The position numbers were made by a program, and so were the translations under genes. Positions 20,290 to 38,195 of a DNA stretch of 64,000 nt are shown one piece after another. The stretch comes from the human T2T-CHM13v2.0 reference genome, Homo sapiens. Each line of letters begins with the position of its first letter. Position 1 is the first letter of the stretch. Under the pieces are notes generated by a model. It was not told the DNA's origin, made no database searches, and worked only from the letters and a program-made list of their open reading frames with translations. The stretch lies in assembly GCF_009914755.1 (NCBI RefSeq), contig NC_060926.1; one strand, 5' to 3'.

Positions 20290-20870
20290 TAAATGGAGTA
20301 GGGAGGAAGCTGATAAAAACCAATATTAAGTTAAATACATAAATTCCTTTATGTTTGGTTGATTTTCATAATTGCTACTTGGATAGAAACAGTCATGCAA
20401 GCAACTGGTGATCAACCAACCTGCCCAAGTATGGGCCCAAGAAAGAAACACCATGGACTGCTGCCATGGTCAGAGATGGCACTTTTATTTAAAAAAGTAA
20501 CTCATGAAGAAAACGACATTTTATTATCATGAATGAAGTGTCTTAGGTGATGCCACTCGTTACTACAAAGCCAAAAATAAACAAGTGAAGAAAACAAATT
20601 AAAATGAACCTTTAACTGCCATTTTATCTTCTTGCTGACATACATTTCCAAAGACATAAAATCCTCCTTCCTATGAAGTCAGTGGGAGGAAGAAACTGTT
20701 TTTGAAAATTATTAACTGAATTTCCACTGAAATATTAACGTGTAGAAAATATTATTTCTTTGGTGGAATCATATAGGTAAAATCTATATAATGGTCTTTA
20801 TCCATAAAAGAGCTCATATTCAGTATAATATGTAGCATAAAACTAGGAAATATCTATACTTAAATCTTAT

Positions 20871-21102
20871 TGAGAGGTGAAGCTGGCTGGGCTTCTGGGT
20901 CGGGTGGGGACTTGGAGAACTTTTCTGTCTAGCTAAAGGATTGTAAATGCACCAATCAGTGCTCTGTGTCTAGCTAAAGGTTTGTAAACGCACCAATCAA
21001 TGCTCTGTGTCTAGCTAATTGGGTAGGAGACTTGGAGAACTTTTGTGTCTAGCTAAAGGATTGTAAATGCACCAATCAGCACTCTGTGTCTAGCTAAAGG
21101 TT
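20871..21102 (+). mobile_element. LTR12 (ERV9) 5' fragment with tandem CCAAT-box repeats
   Basis: tgagaggtgaagctggctgggcttctgggtcgggtggggacttggagaac start; repeated tctagctaaagg.ttgtaaa.gcaccaatc units. Confidence 0.92.
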
Positions 21103-21558
21103 GGGAATTTTAATGATTCCACATATAAATTAAACGTTCTTACATTTGCATTTAAAAATGGCATCACACCATATCAAGATGAAGGTAAAAATGCTGATAA
21201 TCTATAATTATAACTTGGAATGGCATCAAATAACATGTAAAAACGTCACGACAAGGTGAGAGAGAAACTGCAGAAGAAAAGAAAAAACATTTTAGTACCT
21301 TTTTAAAAAAATTTTATTTTTTAAAATAGAGACAAGGTCTCACTATGCCGTGCAGACTGGTCTCAAACTCCTGAGTTCAAGTGATCCTTTCACTTCAGCC
21401 TCCCAAAATGTGAGGCCTTTTGCTCCAAAAGCCGGATTACAGGCATGAGCCACCATGCCTAGCCAAGTATCTTTAATGGCAAATTTTTCCTGCTTTTGGA
21501 GCAAAAGGGTTCACATTTTCATTTTGCAGTGGCCTTAAACACTATGTAGCCAGCCGTG
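21103..21558. mobile_element. MER45-family hAT-Tip100 fragment, interrupted by a FLAM
   Basis: Terminal cacattttcattttgcagtggcc...tatgtagccagcc. Confidence 0.7.
21300..21464 (-). mobile_element. FLAM/Alu left monomer
   Basis: Antisense monomer; TSD agtacctt/agtatctt. Confidence 0.85.
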
Positions 21559-21911
21559 GAGGGAGCTACACAGTTACAAGAATTCAGGAGCCACCTATAT
21601 CCTGAATGACCTGTGTGCTCACTCTCCAAAGGGTCTGGCTAATGGAGTCCCTGTTCTTCCTGTGAAGTTTGGGCACTTGATTTTTCTAGGTTCCCATGTG
21701 TCTTAGCCATGTGTCTGAGGTCCCCGTTTCCTTATTACTACAAGATGATTTATAATAGACTTCCCTAATTGGAGACAACCAGAGTTCTCTATTCTTTGCG
21801 ATTAAAAGCACCTAACATAAAACCACAAAATATGCTATGATTTTTGTTCAGTAAATTATGTAGAATTATTTTCATTCCCAAAATAAGTGATGCTAACTTA
21901 AATATGCTATA

Positions 21912-22080
21912 TGCTATGGTTTGAATATGGTTGCCCCCACCAAAACTCATTTTGAGGCTTGGTCTGCAGTGTAACAGTTTTGAGAAATGGTGGTATTTTT
22001 GAGGGACGTTGGGTCATGAGGGATCCATCTTCATGAAGGGATTAGTGCCATCTTTTGGGCATGGGTTCTCGCTCTCCAAA
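21912..22080 (+). mobile_element. MST (C/D-like) LTR 5' fragment
   Basis: tgctatggtttgaatatgg...ccccaccaaaactcat. Confidence 0.7.
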
Positions 22081-23174
22081 AACAAACAAACAAACAAAAT
22101 CAGCAAAATGGGTGAGGGAATCTAATGCTGTCATCACACTTCTGCCCTAAGGGACTCCAACCTTTATGTGGGCTTTAGGGGAGACATGTAAAGAATGAGC
22201 ACAATCATTGTGGTTTTAGTCTGCGTAGACAGGGCATAGTAATCAACACTGACTGAGTCAGCAGTGACATTTGCCTCAGCAACAGATGACTAGGTGGAAG
22301 GTGAAACAAATGTGAGAATATGGACCAAGGAGATAGGACTGGATTATGGAAATCAGTGGACAAACCATAAAGCCGAAGAAATATTCCAAATGGACAATGT
22401 GATAGAGGCCATGGACTACTGCCAGGAAATTTTTTTTGTCTTTAAACTTTATCCTGTTTGATTTTCCCCTTGACAAGGGATAGAAGGGTACTTACTGGAG
22501 AATGTAAACATTTTAGTACGGTTAAGTTATGGACAGTATCTACTGTGAATAGAAATTGAGACTCACTGGAGAAGATGTCTTATATTTATTCATAAGTGTA
22601 TATTTAGGTTTGATGTGAGTTTAGACACTACGTCTAACTTTGGGCCCTCCTTCCTGGTCCTGAAAAGCAATACCCAACCAAAACTGCCTGAGAACTCAGC
22701 CTGCTCATTGGCAGATGAGGTCAGCAAAGGCAAATGGCTACACAGAACCCTCAGACAAAGACTGAGAGAAAAAAATATATATATGGTTTGATTGATAGAT
22801 AGCATGTTTACAGACCCAAACAATTGTTTGGAAATGTAATAGCTGGCAGCTGTTTGCTTCCTTGGTTTGTTCAGGGTGTTTTGCTTAAATAACACAGGGA
22901 TGTGCTTGGAGCATGTGGCCTGCTCACAGCCAACCACAATGAGGCAATAGTCTTTTACAAGGAGAGGTAACCTGCTTTTGTTAGAGGTGATAATATGTTA
23001 AAAATAGAAACAGGAAGAGTTTAGATAATGTAGGGACCAAGGGCCCTCTAAAGGTTTGCTGAAAATCACTGACATGAGGCTAATTGATTAATAGGAGAAA
23101 GGGCATGCAAATTTATTTCACATGGATACACAGTAGCCTTGAGAATGAAAATCCAAATATACAGGGGAAGCTGT

Positions 23175-24012
<838 letters not shown>

Positions 24013-24698
24013 CCAGATCATTTATTTATGGCCAGTTTTTATACAAAAAGGCGGAGGAAAAATTAGAGTAATATTTTTAGGTTTTATGGCTGGCTTTTGG
24101 GAAAACGTATTCTGGTTTCTACAACCTGCGTTGGGGAAGAAGAATTCTAGCTTCTATGGCTGGCCTTGGGAGAGAATGGGACTGAGAGACGGGAGGGCAG
24201 AAGAGCAGAGAAAACCTTTGTCCTGAGGCTGCTGGCGAGCCTTTCATTTGGGGTATTATTTTCTAAGCCCCAACAATAACGTCATAATTAACAAATCCAA
24301 AAGAAAGTTAGAGATGTTTGAGTTTGAGTGGTTTAGGCCAATTATGAAAGTCAGTATTTTTGGAGATTAGATTTCCACAAAACATACCCCATCGGCACTG
24401 CTGTTGGGGAAGAATACAGAGCGGAATGGAGCGTCTATGGTGTTGTTTGTTTGATTGTAGGAAAAAAAGGATATGTTATTAACGTTAAGACTTTTGGAAT
24501 TTACCAATACCTTGAGACTGCATGTGCTTTTTCTTTTTTGTTGTGCAAATGGCTTACACTGTTGAGTTTAATCTCTTGTGTGGGTACTTGGTGTGAAGAT
24601 GGAATATCAATTATGTAATTAGGAAGGTGGTGGGGGCACAGTTATAGAGGAAGCTGAGCTGTGAGTATGGTGTAGGAGTGGCTGTGAAAACCCTAAGG

Positions 24699-24887
24699 CA
24701 GAGGTTTTCAAAGTGGTGTCCCCAGACTAACAACATCGGCATCTCCTGGGAACTCGCTAAAATGCAGGATCTGGGACCCCACCCCAGACCTACTGAATCA
24801 CAAACTCAGCATGGGACCCAATGGCTCTGTTGCCTTTTAACAAGCCCTCCAGGTGAGTCTGATGTGCTAGGAAGTTTGAGAGCTTTG
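24699..24887. mobile_element. MER5A hAT-Charlie MITE
   Basis: ccccaccccagacctactgaatca; aacaagccctccaggtga. Confidence 0.88.
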
Positions 24888-25018
24888 AGCCAGCAAGAGA
24901 ATGAGCTGGGCCTAGTGTGTTCATAGAGACTTCCTGACAGGGTGGCCGGTCCCATCCTCAAGTGTGTCCCATGATCTTGGGCTCCCTCCCTCAGGCACTT
25001 TGTGCCAAGGTACTGGCT

Positions 25019-25216
25019 TTCTTCTCCTCTTCGTCTTCCTTCTCCTCCTCCTCCCACTCCTCCTCCTCCTCCTCCTCCTCCTCCTCCTTCTTCTTCTCTT
25101 TCTCCTCCTCTTCCTCTTCCTTCTCCTTCTCCTCCTTCTCCTCCTCCTCCTCCCACTCCTCCTCCTTCTCTTCCTTCTTTTTCTCCTCTTTCTCCTACTC
25201 CTCCTTCTTCTTCTCT
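25019..25216. repeat. (CCT/CTT)n polypyrimidine tract
   Basis: Directly visible. Confidence 0.95.
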
Positions 25217-25229
25217 GGTGAGAGTTAGG

Positions 25230-26237
25230 AAATTTAAGTGTCAAACCTTTTCTCTTAGGACATCATCTGTTTTCATACTCAGTGAACTAAAATAAGATTA
25301 TCCCAAAATTTGCCTATTCAAGAGGAGCTTTGGAAGGAGGTAGCACTCAGTAACTCTGATTGTACATAGGAAAGCGCTGGGAGTCTTCCCTTCAATTAAA
25401 CTGTAGTTCTTTTTGGAATGTCATGTTTGTTATAAGCCATTAGCCAAATGGTGTTACTGCATTAGCTCTCACATTGGTGTTATGGACATTGGGGCTGAAA
25501 AGGTGACTGTTAGCTATTGCCATGTAGCTGTCACCTCATAATGGTGGCAGTTTTATAAATATTAGGTTACTACCTCACCTCCTGTCATCCGTTTGTCAAA
25601 TACTTGAGTCATTCAAACTTAACGCCCACACGTTCAAAGTTGTACTCCAGGAAGAGCATACTCACCATCAGTCCCAAGCCTCGATCTGCAGCAGTGGGGT
25701 GTGGCCGTGAGCCCTGTGCTTCCGAGGGCTGTGCTGAGTCCTCTTTTAGCCTCAAGGCATCTCTTCTAGCCCCTGGGCCCTGGAATCTCCTGCCCAAATA
25801 CCCAGAATGCACATCCAGGCCTAAGCAGGCCTCCTCCTTAGGTCTATCTTCCTGGGGACAGGCCACATCTCCAGTGTGTGCACCCCTAGACTCAAGGGGT
25901 GGCCAAGGGGCAGCTGCTTGTTGGGAAGGGGGACCTAGCTTGGATGTATGGGCTGGAATGTCCACATTCATGTGTGAAAGGACAGAGCTGAGGGTGGGGA
26001 GAAAATGGGACAGGCCTCTGGTTAAGGGCCAGTTCTCCCTGCCCCACCGTGAGAAACTCTGAGGAGATCAATAATTCTAAATTCCAGCCTGGCTCCCTAA
26101 AGCATTATGAAGAACAGAGTACATTTGATTTAACAGTTTAATAGCTTGATTTATAATTCTAAATATTTAGACAAATGGTATGTGGGCCTCCGTTAGCATT
26201 CTTGCCCCCAGGCCCCACAAATGTCAAGGGTGGGCTA
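25230..26237 (-). mobile_element. Zaphod/MER115-like hAT-Tip100 remnant
   Basis: End aaatatttagacaaatggtatgtgggcctcc...ttgcccccaggccccacaaatgt resembles the MER115 terminus; left boundary uncertain. Confidence 0.55.
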
Positions 26238-26589
26238 GCCACCCACAGTGACTCATGTGTTCCCCCATTATATGAAACTTGAAGCTTCAGTTCCCATTAC
26301 TGAGTTCTATGAGTGCCATCTTCGGAGAATGGTTAACATCAAAGGGCATGACAGGTGTACAGCAAAGCAGACTTGGAGATGCCCCGAGGGCATGAGGAGG
26401 CATCCAGCTCTTCTGGCCACAGCAAACACCTGCTGTAGGTAAGAAAGGAGAGATGACCAGGGACAGGACAGGGAGAGAGACTTTAAAAATGTACCAGAAA
26501 AAAACTTCAAGGAATATAACAAGGAGTTGGGCTGCTGCGACATAAAATCAGCCCGCACCTCTGTCTGTAGTGTTTCAGGACTGACTATG

Positions 26590-26845
26590 ATAACATAATA
26601 GTTAAATAGTTCAGGCTCTAAAAACATGCCTGGGGCTTAAATCCTGGCTCTGATGGTCATTAGTTGTGTGGCTTGGGCCTTTTTTAAGCCTCCTCTGTGC
26701 CTTAGTTTCCTGTGTGTAATATGGGAATGGTAATAGTGCCTACTTTACAGGGTGGTTGTGAGGATTAAATAAAATGAAACACACAGAGTATAGAGTGTCT
26801 AGCACATTTCAAGTACTCAATAAATGAGAGTTGTGATTACTATTA
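26590..26845 (+). mobile_element. MIR
   Basis: aaatcctggctctg...ctctgtgccttagtttcct...gttgtgaggattaaat. Confidence 0.85.
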
Positions 26846-27084
26846 GTCCTTGTGGAAAATGTTTGCCTATATGGATAATAAGCACAGTTTAAAGTGAAAA
26901 GCAAACTCTTCAATGAATGGGTTAGCTCTGAGCCGCAGGATAAATACAACTTGAACTTGAGAAAGTCTCACAGCCAAAGAAGCAATGGCTTCCTTTTCCA
27001 ATGTGAAGGACTGCTTTCGAATCATCTGGAAAATGCAAATGAGAATTTTAATAACTTTTCATCTTATTCCATACTTATTACACA

Positions 27085-27537
27085 TAAGGAGTGTGATGTC
27101 AGTCAGTATAATACTAGCTTTAGCCTCACAGAGCCCAGGTTTAAATCCTAACTTTGCTGTTTGCTGTATGACCCTAAACAAATTACTTAACTTCTTTATG
27201 CCCTTGGTTTTCTTATCTGTAAAATACAGATAATATTACTATGACAGTACTAATACTAATACCCAGTACATAGGCTTGTTGTGAGGATTACATTCGGTGG
27301 TGTGCTGGAACTAGCTCATACCATGGGAGACTCAATGGTTAAATTTTCAGGATTTTATAAGCCAATTTTTAAACACTGGGTATCTTGAAATTAGCTGTGA
27401 TGAGAGTATTTACACTACAGAAATCAGCAAAAAGTACATATCGTGCCCTTTCCCCCAGAAATCCATTTACCAGCACTGCACTGATGACATTGGATAAACA
27501 TTTAAAAGGCTTAGCAATGTACACAGTACAAAATAGG

Positions 27538-27540
<3 letters not shown>
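27085..27540 (+). mobile_element. MIR interrupted by a MER63A-like hAT-Blackjack element (~27296-27484)
   Basis: MIR core broken by ggtggtgtgctgg...ccagcactgcactg inverted termini. Confidence 0.7.
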
Positions 27541-27839
<299 letters not shown>

Positions 27840-28894
27840 TAAAACTGTTGCTTTATTGTGCTCTTAATACATGTTTACATCTATTTGAGGCACTGTATAA
27901 CGCCACTACTGAAAGAGGATGGTTGTGCCTATGGTGCTCCAAGAGAAAAACGACTTAGACTGTGTCTAGAGGACAGGACAAGTAATGTGTTGTCATCATA
28001 GCCATAGAGACTGGAGCAGTGGTCACTGCAACCTTCTCCATCTCTGTTAGACTCTTTTATTCATCTTTATTTCCCCTAGATTCAGCACAGTACCTGGCAG
28101 AAAGGATGTTTGTTGGATACATGATTGAATAAATCAGTTTGATCATGCAGTAATAAAATAATGTATATGACTGGTCAGATGTCACACCAAAAACCTGATT
28201 TTTAAAACATTTCACTGACTGGTTGATTGAGTCAGGCTACTGTGGGTAAACTTAGCCAAAATACTCATTTCTATATTTTCTTCTCTTTATAAACATGTAC
28301 CTTTAACAATGAAGCAAATAACACCTTTTAAAATACTAAATAAGATAGCATAATTGCACAGTGTGCACTGCCCCAACTGGATTATTATAATTTACTGAAG
28401 GGTTTGCTGTGGATAGATAATAATATGCAAAATAGATTAAGACACAACAGAAAAAATGACTTCTTATATATGTCTGTTGAAGAGTGATTCTCATACAAAA
28501 GGAGTTTAAATTAGATGACAACTTAATTAACATATTTGCTATTTTTGTTTTGTTTCAATTTTTTGGCATTGTTTCATCTGAGAGAAGGATGCTAGAAATG
28601 AAAAAGGAAATGGTGCTCTGTGGTGGAATATTTATATTACTCTTTGCAAACAAAAATCCCCTTTTTTTCTTTCTAATTTGACAGCCTCATAGAGGCACCA
28701 AGTAATCTGTTTGGAACTGTTTGGATGATACTCAAGAAAAGGAGAATGTTGAATTATGGGAATCTTTAGATAAACACATCGAAGGCAAAAAAAAAAGCGG
28801 TCAACTTGATGCAGTTGCTTCAGGTAGAGTTTAGACTGGAGGGATGAATTTTGTTAGCCTGCCTGTGATTTTTAGTAGTTACAATATAGCTCAT

Positions 28895-29395
<501 letters not shown>

Positions 29396-29719
29396 AGAGG
29401 CCAATAAGGAGCATACTGCCATAGCCCATGAAGGAGGATGGTGATTTCCAAACATGGACGAGCTTCAGAATCAGCACCTAATGAGTTTTTTGTGTGTTTA
29501 TTTACAGAATCTAGATATAAGCCCACATCAGACTTGCTAAATCAGAGTCTCGGGAGGGGGCGCAGGGAATATGATGGATCGGATACACTGTGAAGTTGAG
29601 GGACCCTTGTGGTGATCACTCTTGGTAAGCCAGCTTCTTGGTCAGGACAGATGGGACTTTGAGGCTACCACACTGAGGAGCATATGCTGAAAAGAGAGAA
29701 GCTGTAAAATGCAAGTAAG

Positions 29720-30655
29720 AAACTGCTCAAAAAATAATGGAGGCATGTCAAAAGGACACAGGAGGCAACTTATGGCCAAAGTAGTGCTAATTCAAGGACT
29801 AAAATAAACAATGATAGCATTTCATTATAGCCCTCAGAAAAAAGTTAAGTATCCATGAGTCCATACTTACATAAATAAATAATTGAATGAATGAGTAAAA
29901 AATAAAGGAAGGAAAAGAGACAATTCATCCTTAAGGAATTCCAATTAATAAATGTAAAAGGAATGCAGAAAATGGAAACTCACTATGAAGCAAGCTCTAC
30001 CGTAATAATTGTTGCAGGCAAGATCCATTGATGGATGCTAAAATTAGTAGGTAAAAATTTGATGAGAAACAGAATAGTTGCAGAGTTTCAAAGTCTTTAC
30101 CACAAGATATTTGTTAGTTTCTAAGGGAAGTACTGTAACTTCACAACAAAGAAACGCAGCAGACACTACCTTTACCAAGAATCAAGCTGAATATCACCAA
30201 TAATAAGACATAAGGAAGGTCACACCACTTTGTAATATTCGTGCCAGAAATGTTTTATTTTGATCTAATCATGAGAAAATGCCAGGCAAACCTAAATTGA
30301 GGTACTGAACAGTAACCTTCAAAAGTTTCAAAGTCATGAATGACAAAGAAAAATTTAGAAACTGTCATGGATTGAAGAAGACTAAGAAGAAATGAAAACT
30401 GCATGCAACGTGGGAAGCTGACTTGGATTCTGGACCAGAAAAAGGATATTAGTAGGAAACCCGATAAAATTTAAATAAGGTCCACAGTTTAGTTAACAGT
30501 ATTGTAACAGTGTTAATTTCCAGGTTTTACTAATTGTCCTATGGTTAGATGGTAAGATGTTCACCTTAAGGGAAGGTCAGTGAAAGATATATATTAGTAA
30601 CTCTTAGTTTTGCATCTTTTCTGTAAGTTTATCTCAAAACAGAAAAATGTTAAAT
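29720..30655 (+). mobile_element. L1MC4-like 3' end
   Basis: atggaggcatgtcaaaaggacacagg; gatccattgatggatgctaaaattag; ttggattctggaccagaaaaagg. Confidence 0.75.
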
Positions 30656-30910
30656 GTTGAATAGAGGAGGGAGGTTCCAAGATGGCCGAATAGGAACAGC
30701 TCCAGTCTGCAGCTTCCAGCGTGAGCAATGCAGAAGACGAGTGATTTCTGCATTTCCAACTGAGGTACTGGGTTCATCTCACTGTGGCTTGTCAGACAGA
30801 GGGTGCAGCCCACAGAGTAGAGCGGGGCATCACCTCACCTGGGAAGCACAAGGGGTCAGGGAATTCCCTTTCCTAGCAAAGGGAAGCCATGACAGATGGT
30901 ACCTGGAAAA

Positions 30911-31093
30911 TCAGGACACTCCCATCCTAATACTGCGCTTTTCCAATGGCCTTAGCAAATGGTGCACCAGGAGATTATATCCCGCGCCTGGCTCGGAGGG
31001 TCCCATGCCCATGGAGCCTCTCTCACTGCTAGCACAGCAGTCTGAGATTGAACTACAAGGCCACAGCGAGGCTGGGGGAGGGGCGTCTTCCAT
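30911..31093 (-). CDS. L1 ORF0 homolog (60 aa, shortened by a premature stop)
   Basis: MEDAPPPASLWPCSSISDCCASSERGSMGMGPSEPGAGYNL... matches primate L1 antisense ORF0 (MAGAPPPASLPPCSLISDCCAS...). Confidence 0.7.
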   Translation of the reverse strand: MEDAPPPASLWPCSSISDCCASSERGSMGMGPSEPGAGYNLLVHHLLRPLEKRSIRMGVS

Positions 31094-31664
31094 TGCTGAG
31101 GCTTGAGTAGGTAAACAAAGCTGCCAGGAAGCTCGAACTGGGTGAAGCCCACCGCAGCTTAAGGAGGCCTGCCTGCCTCTGTAGACTCCACCTCTGGGGG
31201 CAGGGCATAGCTGAACAAAAGGCAGCAGAAACTTCTACAGACTTAAACATCCCTGTCTGACAGCTTTGAAGAGAGTAGTGGTTCTCCCAGCACGGAGTTT
31301 GAGATCTGAGAATGGACAGACTGCCTCCTCAAGTGGGTCCCTGACCCCCAAGTAGCCTAACTGGGAGACACCTCCCAGTAGGGGCTGACTGCCACCTCAT
31401 ACAGCTGGATGCCCCTCTGAGACGAAGCTTCCAGAGGAAGGATCAGGCAGCAACATCTGCCGTTCTGCAATATTTGCTGTACTGCAGCTTCTGCTGGTGA
31501 TACCCAGGCAAACAGCACCTGGAGTGGACCTCCAGCAAACTCCAACAGACCTGCAGCTGAGGGTGCTGACTGTTAGAAGGAAAACTAACAGAAAGGACAT
31601 CCACACCAAAACCCCATCTGTACATCACCATCATCAAAGACCAAAGGTAGATAAAACCAAAAAG

Positions 31665-32686
31665 ATGGGGAGAAACCAGAGCAGAAAAGCTGAAAATTCT
31701 AAAAATCAGAGTGCCTCTTCTCCTCCAAAAGAACATAGCTTCTCACCAGCAGTGGAACAAAGCTGGATGGAGAATGACTTTGACGAGTTGAGAGAAGAAG
31801 GCTTCAGATGATCGGTAATAACAAACTTCTCCGAGCTAAAGGAGGATGTTCGAACCCATCACAAAGAAGCTAAAAACCTTGAAAAAAAACTTAGATGAAT
31901 GGCTAACTAGAATAAAGAGCGTAGAGAAGTCCTTAAATGACCTGATGGAGCTGGAAACCATGGCATGAGAACTACGTGACGCATGCACAAGCTTCAGTAG
32001 CCGATTTGATCAAGTGGAAGAAAGGGTATCAGTGATTGAAGATCAAATGAATGAAATGAAGCGAGAACAGAAGTTTAGAGAACACAGAGTAAAAAGAAAT
32101 GAACAAAGCCTCCAAGAAATATGGGACTATGTGAAAAGACCAAATTTACGTCCGATTGGTGTACCTGAAAGTGATGGGGAGAATGGAACCAAGTTGGAAA
32201 ACACTCTTCAGGATATTATCCAGGAGAACTTCCACAACCTAGTGAGGCAGGCCAACATTCAAATTTAGGACATACAGAGAACGCCGCAAAGATACTCCTT
32301 GAGAAGAGCAACTCCAAGACACATCATTGTCAGATTCACCAAAGTTGAAATGAAGAAAAAAATGTTAAGGGAAGCCAGAGAGAAAGGTCAGGTTACCCAC
32401 AAAGGGAAGCCCATCAGACTAACAGCGGATCTCTCTGCAGAAACTCTACAAGCCAGAAGAGAGTGGGGGCCAATATTCAACATTCTTAAAGAAAAGAATT
32501 TTCAACCCAGAATTTCATATCCAGCCAAATTAAGCTTCATAAGGAGAAATAAAATCCTTTACAGACAAACAAATGCTGAGAGATTTTGTCACCACCAGGC
32601 CTGCCTTGCAAGAGCTCCTGAAGGAAGCACTAAATATGGAAAGGAGCAACCGGTACCAGCCACTGCAAAAACATGCCAACTTGTAA
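31665..32686 (+). pseudogene. L1 ORF1p, disrupted
   Basis: MGRNQSRK..., QEIWDYVKRPNLR, RATPRHIIVRF, ARREWG, YPAKLS motifs with stops and frameshifts. Confidence 0.95.
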
Positions 32687-32749
32687 AGACCATCAATGCT
32701 AGCAAGAAACTGCATCAACTAACGAGCAAAATAACCAGCTAACATCATA

Positions 32750-36849
<4,100 letters not shown>

Positions 36850-37887
36850 ACAATGAGAACACTTGGACACAGGGTGGGGAACATCACACACCGGGGCCTG
36901 TCGTGGGGTGGGGGGCTGGGGGAGGAATAGCATTAGGAGGTATACCTAATGTAAATGACAAGTTAACGAGTGCAGCACACCAACATGGCACATGTATACA
37001 TATGTAACAAATGTGCGTGTTGTGCACATGTACCCTAGAACTTAAAGTATAATAATAAAAAAAATTTTTTTTAATGTCAGTGCACTCTGCCTCGTGGAAA
37101 ACCCAGTTGCCTAAGCAAGTCTACGGCCTCCCTACCTGGCTAGGGATAAGCTGTAAGGACGGTTTCACCCGAGAGGTTACCTAATAGCGGGCAGAGAAGA
37201 CAATACAAGCACGAAAGCCTGTGAGCTGCAGGGGATTGGGATTTTGTCAGTTATACTCAGTACTGCCTTGTCATCCCCTTTCCCCAAGCCACTACCCCAT
37301 AGATGGACAAAAACAAGCATGGTAGTCTTCAAAGACTCCACAGTCAGAATATCCTGGATTTTGGATGATAAGGGGAACTTCTGTAGCTCCTGACCCACCT
37401 TTTGGAGCTCCCCCGCTATCCAGCCTGCAGCCCTGCCCACGTGGTGGCTGGAGTCAGCAGGCTTCTGCAGCCTGGCAAAGCCCTTCTCCCATTTTGTGGT
37501 CTGGATGAGGCCCATGGGCTCTGCTTTAAGGTGATCATCTGTCCCGAGGACCAGCTTTAAAACTATTTCTTTAGAGAGCATTTTATTGAATACAAACTCC
37601 TTAGGCAGCATTGTTCACATTTCCCAGTGTTGAACAAATCGTGGTTTTTAGTCACACATTCATCATTCCAGGTCTTGCTGATTCACTTCCAGTGACCCCT
37701 TTTAGGAACCTTTTGCTAATCCCACTAATAGAAAGAGCTCATTCCACTCCTTTGGTTATTTCACATTCACATGGCCAGGCTTACATTTTATTTAACTTTC
37801 TTTTCACGTAAGAAGGTGAAAAAGTGCTAAGCCATATCTTCTAAGCTCTTGGATCATTTCTTGGTCATTCTGGAAGCAGCATGGTGG

Positions 37888-38195
37888 TGAAATGGGAGAG
37901 TTCCCTGAACCCCTTTGCCTGATGTTTGACAGGGGTGTGGCTTGTCTGTTTGGTCACCATCCCTTCAACCCCTTACGGGATGGGGAGCAGGCAGCTGGAC
38001 AAGTGCAGGAGCCCAAGTGGGCGTGTGTTACAGTGTGCCCTTTTAGCCTTGCTGTCCACGGATGGCTTGAGTGTTGGCCAGCTCAGTGGACCCTCTGCCT
38101 TTCTGTAAGGGCAGAGTGCCAGTGTGACAGCTCTCTGTATCCCAAACTCTTGTCCAGCATCCTGGGAGAAGCGGGTCACACATGTACTTGAATGT
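37888..38195 (-). mobile_element. ERV1 LTR fragment (LTR9/LTR27/LTR28 group)
   Basis: tgaaatgggagagttccctga...gacaggggtgtggct terminus; truncated. Confidence 0.6.

Noticed and set aside
22478-22597. WD40-like phrase DRRVLTGECKHFSTVKLW
   Set aside because: Too short and degenerate to assign a family; another frame is equally open
24806-25295. Poly-Arg (protamine-like), poly-Ser, poly-Leu and poly-Pro ORFs
   Set aside because: All frames of a (CCT)n tract are open; no gene structure
25604-26062. 152-aa ORF
   Set aside because: Non-ATG start, inside a GC-rich MER115/Zaphod-like remnant, no recognisable domain
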